Positions 11,362-20,724 of a stretch of 64,000 nt of DNA are shown here, one piece after another. Below the pieces are notes generated by a model that did not search any database, was not told the origin of the DNA, and worked only from the letters and a program-made list of their open reading frames with translations. Numbering within the stretch: the stretch's first letter is position 1; the number at the start of each line of letters is the position of its first letter. Source of the stretch: Amoeboaphelidium occidentale (Eukaryota); assembly GCA_023515795.1 (NCBI GenBank), contig JALGPX010000001.1, forward strand, positions 62,001 through 126,000, given 5' to 3'. Position numbers and translations under genes: made by a program.

Positions 11362-12441
11362 CTACAGAATTTGGAATAGAGTGCCATTCAAACGTCTGAA
11401 ATATAAAACACGGTTGGGTCTATCGCTTGATGAGGCGCAGAACGAGTACATTTTGTTTTGATGTTGTGCAAAGTCTCTTATTGCAAATTCACTCAGTCCG
11501 TAACAGAAACTCAAATCCAAATGTTCCAGATGAACAAGTTTCTGGGATATCAGATCAAGAGTATCTTTCGACAATCTGGCACCGTGGATTTCAATCTTGG
11601 TAAGCTGAGACAAGTAGCTCGATATGAATTCAAATGAATCTTCAGTCAAGCGACCACTGACATTTGGTATTGATAGCACTTGAAGTTGTTGGCATGATTT
11701 CGCTATAGCAAATAGTAACCCATCATCAACCGTTTCAATGATCAAATCTAAAACATCGAGCCTTTGAAGCTTTTTCATTGACTCTGCAATAGATATCAAT
11801 GAGTCGGACCGTAGTTTTGTACTCCCAATAGACAGGGACTTTAAATTCTTGAGCTTTTTGATAGAAGTGAAGTCTTCGTGCTTGCATGCATCATAATCTC
11901 CAACTTTGACTTCCAAAAAATTCATAATGGTCAAGTGTCTCAAAGACTTCTGGAAATTCACAGATGACGTGATAGTCCTCAACTGCCCTGCAGAAATAGC
12001 TGCATCAACAATCATCAGACGCTCCAACTTCAAGCAACGATCCGACATGAGCTCAAAGAAGTTCGCACCAGAAATAATACCAGCAGGCCTTCGATAGACC
12101 ATTTCATAGTCTTCTTCTTCTTGATCTGAAACTTCGTTACTTGAAGCAGATACACTTTTATCATAGTGATGAATGGATAAGTTGCGGATGAATGCAAAGT
12201 AGTCGCACATGAGCTGATCTCTGGGCCTTGTCATTAGATCATAAAATTTCTCCAATGAGCCATGATATAAAACAACTTCTTTCCATAAAAGTTCTGAGCA
12301 CCATTGCAACCACTTCTTTGAGACCAAACTCAAAGTTCTCAATGTTTTATGGTCTAAATGTCTCTGAAGGTGCGGCAACACATGCAACAATATGATCTCA
12401 TCTGGTAGTCTATTACGGTAAAGCAAACTCATGAGTTGCAT
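11362..12441 (-). CDS. F-box/LRR protein
   Basis: LPDEIILL...LSLVSKKW F-box and LRRs such as LEHLDLSFCYGLSE. Confidence 0.85.
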   Translation of the reverse strand: MQLMSLLYRNRLPDEIILLHVLPHLQRHLDHKTLRTLSLVSKKWLQWCSELLWKEVVLYHGSLEKFYDLMTRPRDQLMCDYFAFIRNLSIHHYDKSVSASSNEVSDQEEEDYEMVYRRPAGIISGANFFELMSDRCLKLERLMIVDAAISAGQLRTITSSVNFQKSLRHLTIMNFLEVKVGDYDACKHEDFTSIKKLKNLKSLSIGSTKLRSDSLISIAESMKKLQRLDVLDLIIETVDDGLLFAIAKSCQQLQVLSIPNVSGRLTEDSFEFISSYLSQLTKIEIHGARLSKDTLDLISQKLVHLEHLDLSFCYGLSEFAIRDFAQHQNKMYSFCASSSDRPNRVLYFRRLNGTLFQIL

Positions 12442-12710
12442 CAGTTGAAATTAATTTTCCACTTGAAACCAAAAATTTTGTGGCGCCGTCAATTATCGTT
12501 TGTGACGAATTGTGCTAACGAAAGCTGATTGCAGGGATCATTCCAAGTTTAGCAACCAATTAAGCAGTCGTCATCAAAAAGTATCGCATCATCAGAAATA
12601 GGAATAGTAGCTAAAGTGCGGGTTTAAAGTGAATGTTACCCTTCAGCATCGAAGGTGCGATCAATTCAGGTCAAGCAGCAACAATTTTTTCAGTATTTTC
12701 AGCGATCATT

Positions 12711-13219
12711 ATGGCAAAGGACGAACAAGACACTAAAGAAATAGAATTCAACCCAGAAAATCTTTCAATTATCGCACAGCCTCTTGCAGACAAGAAGCTC
12801 ACTAAGCGCCTTTTGAAGACTGTAAAGAAAGGTACGTTGATTTAGAAAGAAAACACGCTGATTTCTGTAGCATCAAAAGCAAAACACCTAAAACGCGGTG
12901 TAAAGGAAGTTGTTAAAGCTCTAAGAAAGGGACAGAAAGGGTATCTTTGATATATGCCACTAACTGAATGCGTAGATTTGTTGTTTTGGCTGGAGATGTC
13001 TCACCAATAGACGTGATCAGTCACATTCCTGTGCTTTGCGAGGACAATGCCGTGCCATACTGCTACATTGGATCTAAGCAAATCTTGGGTGAATCTGGAA
13101 TGACAAAGCGTCCTACTTCTGTTATAATGGTCCCAGCCGATAGGAAGAAGGGTAGCGATTATGAAAAGTATTACGATGAATGCGTCGACTGTGTAAAGTC
13201 AATTGCAACTGTTGTCTAA
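12711..13219 (+). CDS. NHP2: H/ACA snoRNP protein Nhp2 (introns 12832-12870, 12941-12975)
   Basis: IAQPLADKKLTK...LKRGVKEVVKALRKG...VLAGDVSPIDVISHIPVLCED...TKRPTS. Confidence 0.95.
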
Positions 13220-13341
13220 GTAATTTGAATAGAATTTTAACGCTTCTCAAAACAATTTCCAAGCGCGATTTTGAAAGTCAAAATTTGCATTCCCAAAAGC
13301 GACAATTCTGTAAACAACAGCAACCTGAACAACAAATCAAA

Positions 13342-13677
13342 ATGGGACAAGGAGAATTCAATAGACGCACAGACCCTCACAAGTCTGCACATTTGGTAAA
13401 AATCATTTGGAAGAAGAGTCATGTAGCAACCAGCAGTGAGCGCAAGCCTGAGTTTTATGTCTGGGCCAAGAAGGAAGACTATCAAAAGTGGAAACAGGAC
13501 AAGTCCATTCCATTGGCTCAGGTAGTTGACAGTTTCAAAGTGTTCACTGTTTCAAACCATTCCGGAAACGAAGGCATTTCCTCCCAGCCGAGCAAGGACA
13601 CTTTGAAGGAGATCTTTGGAACAACAAGGGATGATGATGTTGTCAAATTCATCCTTGAGAATGGCCATGTCCATTAG
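13342..13677 (+). CDS. Standalone SBDS N-terminal-like protein (Rtc3/YHR087W family)
   Basis: YQKWKQDKSIPLAQVVDSFKVF...GNEG...PSKDTLKEIFGT..DDVVKFILENG. Confidence 0.85.
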   Translation: MGQGEFNRRTDPHKSAHLVKIIWKKSHVATSSERKPEFYVWAKKEDYQKWKQDKSIPLAQVVDSFKVFTVSNHSGNEGISSQPSKDTLKEIFGTTRDDDVVKFILENGHVH

Positions 13678-13807
13678 AGTTTTTTTACTTCTAAAAGGAA
13701 GGCTACGGTGGAAATAAATGGAAACGATTTTCCAGTTGTGCGAAACTGTTCATTTGCGGTTGTTTCAACTTTTGACTTTGTGCTCTCTCACTGATCGTAT
13801 CATATCC

Positions 13808-15079
13808 ATGCAGTCTCAAAAGCCATTACAGGAATCTGAACATCATTCTACAGACAAGAGATCCATGCCTACGTATGCCTCTGTGTTATCTAGTGAAGTA
13901 TCAACTAGTATGAAACTTACTAAATCATTCTCAGACATTGATCTTGCTGATCCAAAACCAAAGATCACTCAAGGTACTAACTTTCCTGGAATGACTTTTG
14001 GCTTACAACAACCTTCTGATAATTCCATGCTTAGTTACAATCCTAATGGCAGAGCTGCAGTGTTTTGGGATTTTGAGAATTGTCCTCCTCCCACTGGTAT
14101 GCCTGGATATGTTGTGGTTGATAATATCAGGAATGTTATTCATAATTTCGGACATGTTACACTATTCAAGGCTTATCTAGAAATAGGTGATAGTGTTGGT
14201 TCCAAGAAAGCACTGAGATCAGAACTTCAATCCAGCGGTGTTTCATTGACTGATACGCCACATAATGGTAGAAAAGATGCGGCTGACAAGATGATCATGG
14301 TTGATATGCTTGCTTTTGCGATTGATAATCCTCCGCCAGCAACTATTGTGCTGATCAGTGGTGATAAAGATTTTGTGTACGCTCTCTCTACTCTGCGAAA
14401 CAGACGATACAATATCGTTCTTATTGTACCAAGCAAAGGAGCTCCCATTATTTTAAGATCTCAAGCAAACACTATACTGGAATGGAGATATGATGTTTTA
14501 AATCAGGATGTCTGGAACACACAGCAAATGCAGGTACAACAGCAGCAACATCATCCACAACAAGCTTCGCCTTCAAGCATCACAACTTCTGTTGCTACTT
14601 CAGCTAAATCATCAGTCACATCTCCTGAAGCGACGTCTTCATTGCTGCGAAATACCACAATGGAATCTTCGCAACCGTCTGAGGAATCAACTTCATACAG
14701 CAAGTTAAGGTCACAAGGATCAAGTCCTTTGAAGTTACAGATAAATGGCGATATTGTAGACAAGCAGCTTGATTCTGTTACCAAGAGTGACTATGTTGGA
14801 TTCTTGTACTCACCGAGAGCTCCGGGCTTCTTTGATTTGCTTGTGGAAGTTTTGGAGCTGTTCCGTATGAACGGAGACAATCAACCTAGACGATCGAAAG
14901 TTGGGAATGAAATAACAAGAAGAAATCCATTGGTTTATCACAGAGCTGGATGCTCTAGCTTTAAGGAATATGTTGATCTAGCTGCTAAAGAGGGTATTGT
15001 TCAAATTGGCGGAGAACGTGGTTTAGCATGGATAAGTTTGAATGAGAACTACAGGGACAAAATGTTCAATACCGAATAA
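13808..15079 (+). CDS. NYN (LabA/DUF88) ribonuclease-domain protein with C-terminal OST-HTH-like domain (MARF1/limkain-like)
   Basis: VFWDFENCP...KDAADKMI...LISGDKDF catalytic motifs; GCSSFKEYVDLAAKEGIV winged helix; start uncertain (13718 or 13808). Confidence 0.88.
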   Translation: MQSQKPLQESEHHSTDKRSMPTYASVLSSEVSTSMKLTKSFSDIDLADPKPKITQGTNFPGMTFGLQQPSDNSMLSYNPNGRAAVFWDFENCPPPTGMPGYVVVDNIRNVIHNFGHVTLFKAYLEIGDSVGSKKALRSELQSSGVSLTDTPHNGRKDAADKMIMVDMLAFAIDNPPPATIVLISGDKDFVYALSTLRNRRYNIVLIVPSKGAPIILRSQANTILEWRYDVLNQDVWNTQQMQVQQQQHHPQQASPSSITTSVATSAKSSVTSPEATSSLLRNTTMESSQPSEESTSYSKLRSQGSSPLKLQINGDIVDKQLDSVTKSDYVGFLYSPRAPGFFDLLVEVLELFRMNGDNQPRRSKVGNEITRRNPLVYHRAGCSSFKEYVDLAAKEGIVQIGGERGLAWISLNENYRDKMFNTE

Positions 15080-15212
15080 AACCTAAAGACAACCTGAGTG
15101 GTTAGAAGTTGAGTAATAGCGAGCTGTTTGAACACATCGTTGATGACTCAGGTTCGCTTCGAATTTCTCATGTCTGAAAATGTCTGTAAGAAAGCGTAAA
15201 TAATCCTCTGAT

Positions 15213-16301
15213 ATGCCGTTTACAGAAGCCTCCATTGCTAGAGCAGCTTTGCCTATTGCAGGGTCCCTGATCGAACAACGACGGGAATCATGGGATTTAT
15301 CGGATGGTGATGCCGTTTCAGCCATCGCACGGATGAAGGCCGACGGCCTGACGGTAGAAGAGATGAAAGAAGAATTGCGTGTATTTCTGTATGCGAAAGG
15401 AATTCTACGTGACGAGGAAACTGAAATTAGAAAGAGAAGATTTGATAATCTGCTCTACCCAGATAAAGCTCGTGTTTCAGTAGACGCACGCTTGAAACTA
15501 GGGGCAGCCCGTGAGGGAAAAACTTGAACGCATTGTTGAAAACGGCGAAGCAGGAAGTTTTATTGACCCGAAGTCGAACATGTTCTCTGATTTCGTCGCC
15601 GAACATCCGGAATGGGGTCCTGAAACAAGCTTTGTGGTCTTCCGAGACCATGTGCTGTTGAAGGACAACCCCACGCGTATGCAGAACGAGTTCAACTTAG
15701 CGGGCTATGTTATATGCACGCTCCAGTTATTCTGCAGCATTACCTGGTAGCCATGCATTCCGAAAAGCAAGTACCGATGCTTGACATGGCCGTTTACTTG
15801 AAAAAATATATGCCTGCGGAATCTTTAGAAGATCGTATATGGAAAAATCAGGGTGGAGATTCTGAAGCATTTCTTAGACAGATCTTGTTAAAACAGCCTG
15901 CGCCTAAGTTACTTCCACGCTCTGGGTCTCAGGAAATGGAATCATACTTGAAGTCTTTTGGTCCAGCATTGATTTCACGTTTTAGCGTTGAAGAGGCGTT
16001 TGATTCTGAGGAATGGCAGCATCTAGGACCTTCTACCGAGGCAACAATGGGAAAGCATGCTATGGTTCTTGTTGGGATTAGACAGGAAGGTGGTTCTACA
16101 AGATATCTTGTTCAGAATTGGTGGGAGAAGAAGGCATTTGTTGAAACGGATGGAGCGTATCTAGCGGCACGTGAAGCGTTGATAAACTTCGTTCAGACGC
16201 CACAAACAGCTATGGGCTCATATCCAACTAATGCACATAATCATGTCGAATGCGAAATGTTGGACGCTCAGGAGACGTTTAATTCAGAAGGCTCGTTCTA
16301 A
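15213..16301 (+). pseudogene. Papain-fold cysteine peptidase-like gene with two frameshifts (~15517, ~15670)
   Basis: Joining three ORFs gives RVQLSGLCYMHAP (Q...C), GKHAMVLVG (H) and YLVQNWW (N), the papain catalytic elements; no splice sites explain the frame changes. Confidence 0.7.
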
Positions 16302-16338
16302 ATGATTAAATAATCAATATGGTTTCAGTAATTTTAGT

Positions 16339-19300
16339 TCAGTTTAATTCAAAAATTTCCAATGTATCAGCATCATACACAACACCATCTTTAACGACGT
16401 ACTTGGCATTCTTCATCTGTTTGATATCAGAAATAACATCAGCTCCCGGAGGAAAGATGACAAAATCAGCAAGCTTGCTCTTCTCCAGACTTCCTATATC
16501 ATGAAACATTCCATGAGTTTGAGCAGGATGTATTGTTGCTGCTTGAATTGCCTCCAAAGGAGTAAAACCGCCTTGAACCAACATGAACAACTCCCAAATC
16601 AACCCAATTCCAGGAATTTCACCGTGCGCCCCTGCAAGAACCTGCAAACCAGCTTTAGTACCTTTATGCGCCGAGGCTGAAACGTTGATAAAGGAATAAT
16701 CTCTCGTGGCATCTGCTTTTTGACGTCTGTAGAAGTTAAATACCGACTTGTAACTTTCAGGGAAAAATCTCATAAACTTTTCTTCATCGTACAAGTTGCT
16801 TTCGCTCAGCCAGAAAGTTTTACCAAAAAGGTCTCCATAAGCGACGGTCAATGTAGGAACATACGCAGTATTGTTTCTTCCTAACAATCCAATTACATCA
16901 CCATACAAATGAGAAATAGGAAAAGAATGTTCCTGAGTAGTGTGACCATCAATGAAGTATCCAAGATTGAAATAATATGCCATTCCTCCTTCTGGTACAA
17001 CAGACAAACCTTCTTTACGAGCAGCATCCAAAATCCTGTTTGTTTGAGAACGACACTGCTGCATATAGGATTTAACAGCAATAGCTCCAAAGGCCTTTTG
17101 CCTTCTGACTGCATCCAAAGCGTCTTGATCGTCGAAAATTGGTTGATGGAAATAAGGATACGGAAATCCGACAAGAACTTGGCCTGTCGAGAAGATTCTT
17201 GGTGATTTCAGTAATCCTGCCTTGGAACGCTCGGCCCTCTCAAATATCAACTGATTATCACTTGAAGGATCAAAAATTGTAGTAACACCATAAGCAAGTT
17301 GAATTTCATATGTCCAATCTTCTTCACTGAGAATCGAATGTGCATGAGAATCAATTAATCCAGGAATAATAATGCCTCCATGGCAATTAATAGTTATTTC
17401 TTCTAAATACCTCGGATTGCTGGCAATAGTCTCATAAGGAAAGGCATCTTTCGGACCAACATAGACGATCCTGTTTCCTTGAATTACCATCGCTCCATTC
17501 TTGATAGTAGTGTTTTTCTGGTCCATAGTAACAATTGTAGCATCGTAGAAAACCCTGTAGCCACCGTAAGTACTGACTGCGTATTGGAAAGACAAGTCAT
17601 GCATTTTCAGAGGCACTGACTCCTGGAACTTGACAGATGGAGTCGTTTCAAACAACTTTTCCAACTCTACTTCATACAACTTACTGCCTTGAATGTAAAA
17701 CAAAGATTTTTCGAAGAAAGTAGGTTCAAGCCCTCCATGTCTTGATACTCTGTAAATAAATTGTTGAACCTTCATTGGAGTTCTTGAGCGAGCTTGAACA
17801 ACTTTGTAGCCTCCAACTTCTGGAATATCTGACACTTTAACAACGTAAATTTCAGAGAATTCAATGAATGCACACAGAGTTCCATCCGGACTCAATTTAA
17901 TTATGCTTGCCATCGGTGCATAGATCTGGCCAACAGTTTCATCCTGTTGTAAAGAAAACAAGTTTAATGCAAAAACTCTTGCAGGAGACTCCTCGTTATT
18001 GACAAACTCTTTCTGCGGGAGGATAACCTTATGATCGATTCTACCACCAGGAGGAACAGATACAAACATTACATCTTGTGTAACTGAAAGCGTTACAGAC
18101 TGAACGTGAAAAGGTAACTCATGAGTGGAAGATTTAACACCAGGTAATGAGCTCAATGAAAGGAAAGAGAAACCAAACTGAGTATTCTCAAAGGGTAATT
18201 CGTCAAACTGTGATGGAGTAGGTTCAGTTTGAAGATTATCAAGATTGTTTTCAAAAGTCTTGCCCAAAGATATGAAACGTATAATCCTTGCGCCAGCCCT
18301 TCCTCTAGAAATCTGAATGCCTCTGACAGACTTTACATTGATGTATTTCATACTATCCGCTAAAGTCCCATCAAATGAGTCTACATGAACCCGTTGGTTT
18401 GCAACGGCAGGAGCGATTCTCATGTATACATCAACAGTAATAGGAATGATGCGCACATCAGATGGATTCTTGATATTTAACTTAAGTATCTTGCCATCTG
18501 CCCAAAAAATAAGATGAGTTGGTACAGCACTAGGAGTGTTTGGGTAAAACTTGAAATTTGGATATGAGCCAAACATTCTCATGTAAGAAGTCTGCGAGTC
18601 ATGGTTCAATAACTTGTACAAGATTGTGCTTTCGAAACTATCAGTGCGTTTTAACATCAAGCAAGTTTCAAATCCTATTCTCTTGACATATGCAAGGTAT
18701 TTCCCATCTCTAGACAATACAGGCCTGGAACCATCGTCAACCCGAAAAGACGCACCGGTTTCAAGATCCACTTTGTAAATAGCAAAAAAGTCTCTTGTTG
18801 GTGTGACTTCGTAGTTGCGAGGGCCACTGGAGTAATATAGAATGTTTGTATCAGGAACAACTGCAGGTTCTTCATACAATTCAACTTGGCCCAAGTAATC
18901 ATAAATTTTTGACTTGAATGGAGGATGAATGCTATATCTAGCAACCATAAACTTTCCTAGCCCAGACTGTGCGTAAATAGCAATGATTTCATTATTGTTT
19001 AGCCAAATAGGATGGCGCATAATCTCATATTGATAAGTTGTAACAGGCCAACTTAAATTTCTACGAGTAAGATCAAGAACCCAAATAGCATCGCAACCAT
19101 TAGCATCAGAAACGAAGGCAATCTTTGTACCATCAGGAGAATAAGTTGCCTGTTTCTCAAGCGGAACTCCATGAACAAGAGGAACGGCACGACCACCTTC
19201 AATTGGGACAGTGTAAATATCCCCAAGCACATCAAATAACAAAGTCTCAGAATCAGGAGAAATATCGATATATGTCCATGTAGTTTCCTTCGTGGTGAAG

Positions 19301-19602
19301 TACACTTGTCGAGTATGTCTCTTCGAATAATCAAACGGAGTCATATTGTCAACAGGGAACGGAAACGTAGAAGGGTCATAGTAAGTAATTCCAGAGGGGC
19401 TTTTCTGTCCCGGAGTGTTTTCAGATGGCAGTCCATGTAAGCGTGGTGTTGCTAAGTGTTGCACCTCAAACATGTAATCAAAGGAACCATAATTCCAAAT
19501 AAACCAGCTAATTAATACAGCGAATGGGAGAGCAAGCACAGAAACCGTTACGAATGCCGGCAAGGAAGTTCCGGTAGAATGTTTATCACGCTGCGACTTC
19601 AT
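16339..19602 (-). CDS. Membrane-anchored TolB/PD40 beta-propeller plus amidohydrolase
   Basis: N-terminal TM; WTYIDISPD, YSPDGTKIAFVSD repeats; IIPGLIDSHAH, AVKSY, QEH, GAHG, DIGSLEKSKLADFVI; likely start MKSQRD. Confidence 0.88.
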   Translation of the reverse strand: MKSQRDKHSTGTSLPAFVTVSVLALPFAVLISWFIWNYGSFDYMFEVQHLATPRLHGLPSENTPGQKSPSGITYYDPSTFPFPVDNMTPFDYSKRHTRQVYFTTKETTWTYIDISPDSETLLFDVLGDIYTVPIEGGRAVPLVHGVPLEKQATYSPDGTKIAFVSDANGCDAIWVLDLTRRNLSWPVTTYQYEIMRHPIWLNNNEIIAIYAQSGLGKFMVARYSIHPPFKSKIYDYLGQVELYEEPAVVPDTNILYYSSGPRNYEVTPTRDFFAIYKVDLETGASFRVDDGSRPVLSRDGKYLAYVKRIGFETCLMLKRTDSFESTILYKLLNHDSQTSYMRMFGSYPNFKFYPNTPSAVPTHLIFWADGKILKLNIKNPSDVRIIPITVDVYMRIAPAVANQRVHVDSFDGTLADSMKYINVKSVRGIQISRGRAGARIIRFISLGKTFENNLDNLQTEPTPSQFDELPFENTQFGFSFLSLSSLPGVKSSTHELPFHVQSVTLSVTQDVMFVSVPPGGRIDHKVILPQKEFVNNEESPARVFALNLFSLQQDETVGQIYAPMASIIKLSPDGTLCAFIEFSEIYVVKVSDIPEVGGYKVVQARSRTPMKVQQFIYRVSRHGGLEPTFFEKSLFYIQGSKLYEVELEKLFETTPSVKFQESVPLKMHDLSFQYAVSTYGGYRVFYDATIVTMDQKNTTIKNGAMVIQGNRIVYVGPKDAFPYETIASNPRYLEEITINCHGGIIIPGLIDSHAHSILSEEDWTYEIQLAYGVTTIFDPSSDNQLIFERAERSKAGLLKSPRIFSTGQVLVGFPYPYFHQPIFDDQDALDAVRRQKAFGAIAVKSYMQQCRSQTNRILDAARKEGLSVVPEGGMAYYFNLGYFIDGHTTQEHSFPISHLYGDVIGLLGRNNTAYVPTLTVAYGDLFGKTFWLSESNLYDEEKFMRFFPESYKSVFNFYRRQKADATRDYSFINVSASAHKGTKAGLQVLAGAHGEIPGIGLIWELFMLVQGGFTPLEAIQAATIHPAQTHGMFHDIGSLEKSKLADFVIFPPGADVISDIKQMKNAKYVVKDGVVYDADTLEIFELN

Positions 19603-19675
19603 CAAAAATGTTCCTATGAAAGAAACCTGATTCTGCAACAACAGGGAGAATACAAAAGATTCTATTAGAAATATA

Positions 19676-20261
19676 TCACAAAGAAAGCGAACGAAGCTGC
19701 TCCAGTAATTCATCCTCTTTCGATAATTTCTCTAGTTGATCTTCGTTCAGAGGTTCACCAGATGCTTTCTTCTCCCGTATTAGCGCGATCTGCCGTAGCT
19801 TCTTCTCTATACTCTTTTTGATCTTTGCATCATCTTTCGTTTCTTCTAATGCTGCCTCTGTTAGAGGACTCTCTGTGCCTTCATGGCTCTCTGTTCGTTC
19901 GCGATCTTCAAACTTTTTGAGTCTTCGCTTCTCGTTCTTCTTCTGTGCCTTTGACTTTGCTGTGCTCTGCTCGTCACTTTGTGAATTCTGTTGCGGTAGA
20001 GCTGCCCCTACTACGCCCTGTGCCCATAAATTCTTTGGCTCCTGATACTTTGGATGCGTATACTTTTGTACATCTTCCGGTGCTATGTAGCCTAGATAGA
20101 TGTTAATTGGCACCATTTACCACGCAGTAATCCATACCATCCCGTACTCTTCGCTCTTTCCGTATTGTTCCATCAGGTCTACGTGAAGCTGCAATTACTT
20201 TCTCGCCCTTTTCGTTTAGGGTTATTCCAGCAAAGGAGTTCTGATCTTTTGATGCACTCAT
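19676..20261 (-). CDS. PYM1: Partner of Y14 and Mago (PYM/WIBG) (intron 20092-20136)
   Basis: IAASRRPDGTIRKERRVRDGYIAPEDV and KKLRQI...LNEDQLEKL. Confidence 0.93.
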
Positions 20262-20470
20262 AATTCAAAGAAGATGTACCCCACTAACGATCTCAGTAGC
20301 GCGCATTCACACTTAAATTGCGTGGACCACTTAGCCAAGCAGTCCTGAAACAGCGTTTAAAGATAAGCCACACAATCAACATATGCAATCACTTGTGTAA
20401 CTGAGTGTTTGATACAATAACACAGTGCAAGGAATCCTCCGTTATTCGCGCATTGATAAAGGGAAAGAAG

Positions 20471-20543
20471 GTAAGAATTCTATTTAATGGTTTTCGGTTG
20501 CCTGGTTCTTAGCTAATAACGCTCGATTCCTTTGCTGTTACAG
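20471..20543 (+). other. Probable 5'-UTR intron of the Jsn1/Puf gene
   Basis: AAG|GTAAGA donor, GCTAAT branch-like site, TTACAG acceptor, upstream of ATG 20725. Confidence 0.55.
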
Positions 20544-20724
20544 AATTGTTACGGCGATCAAGCATCGCTCTGCAACTGCAACCGAAAATCAGAAAAATTT
20601 TCGCAGACTAATTATTCTTCATTTATAGATTTATTATTGCTTCTTCTGCTAATACGACTTCTACTGATAACACGAATAATTCTTCTACTTTATAACTTCT
20701 TTGTAATTGTGATATTTCTTATTT

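Noticed and set aside
15091..15154. 9-bp inverted repeat AACCTGAGT/ACTCAGGTT upstream of the peptidase pseudogene
   Set aside because: Short, and no matching terminus or TSD found at the other end of the gene
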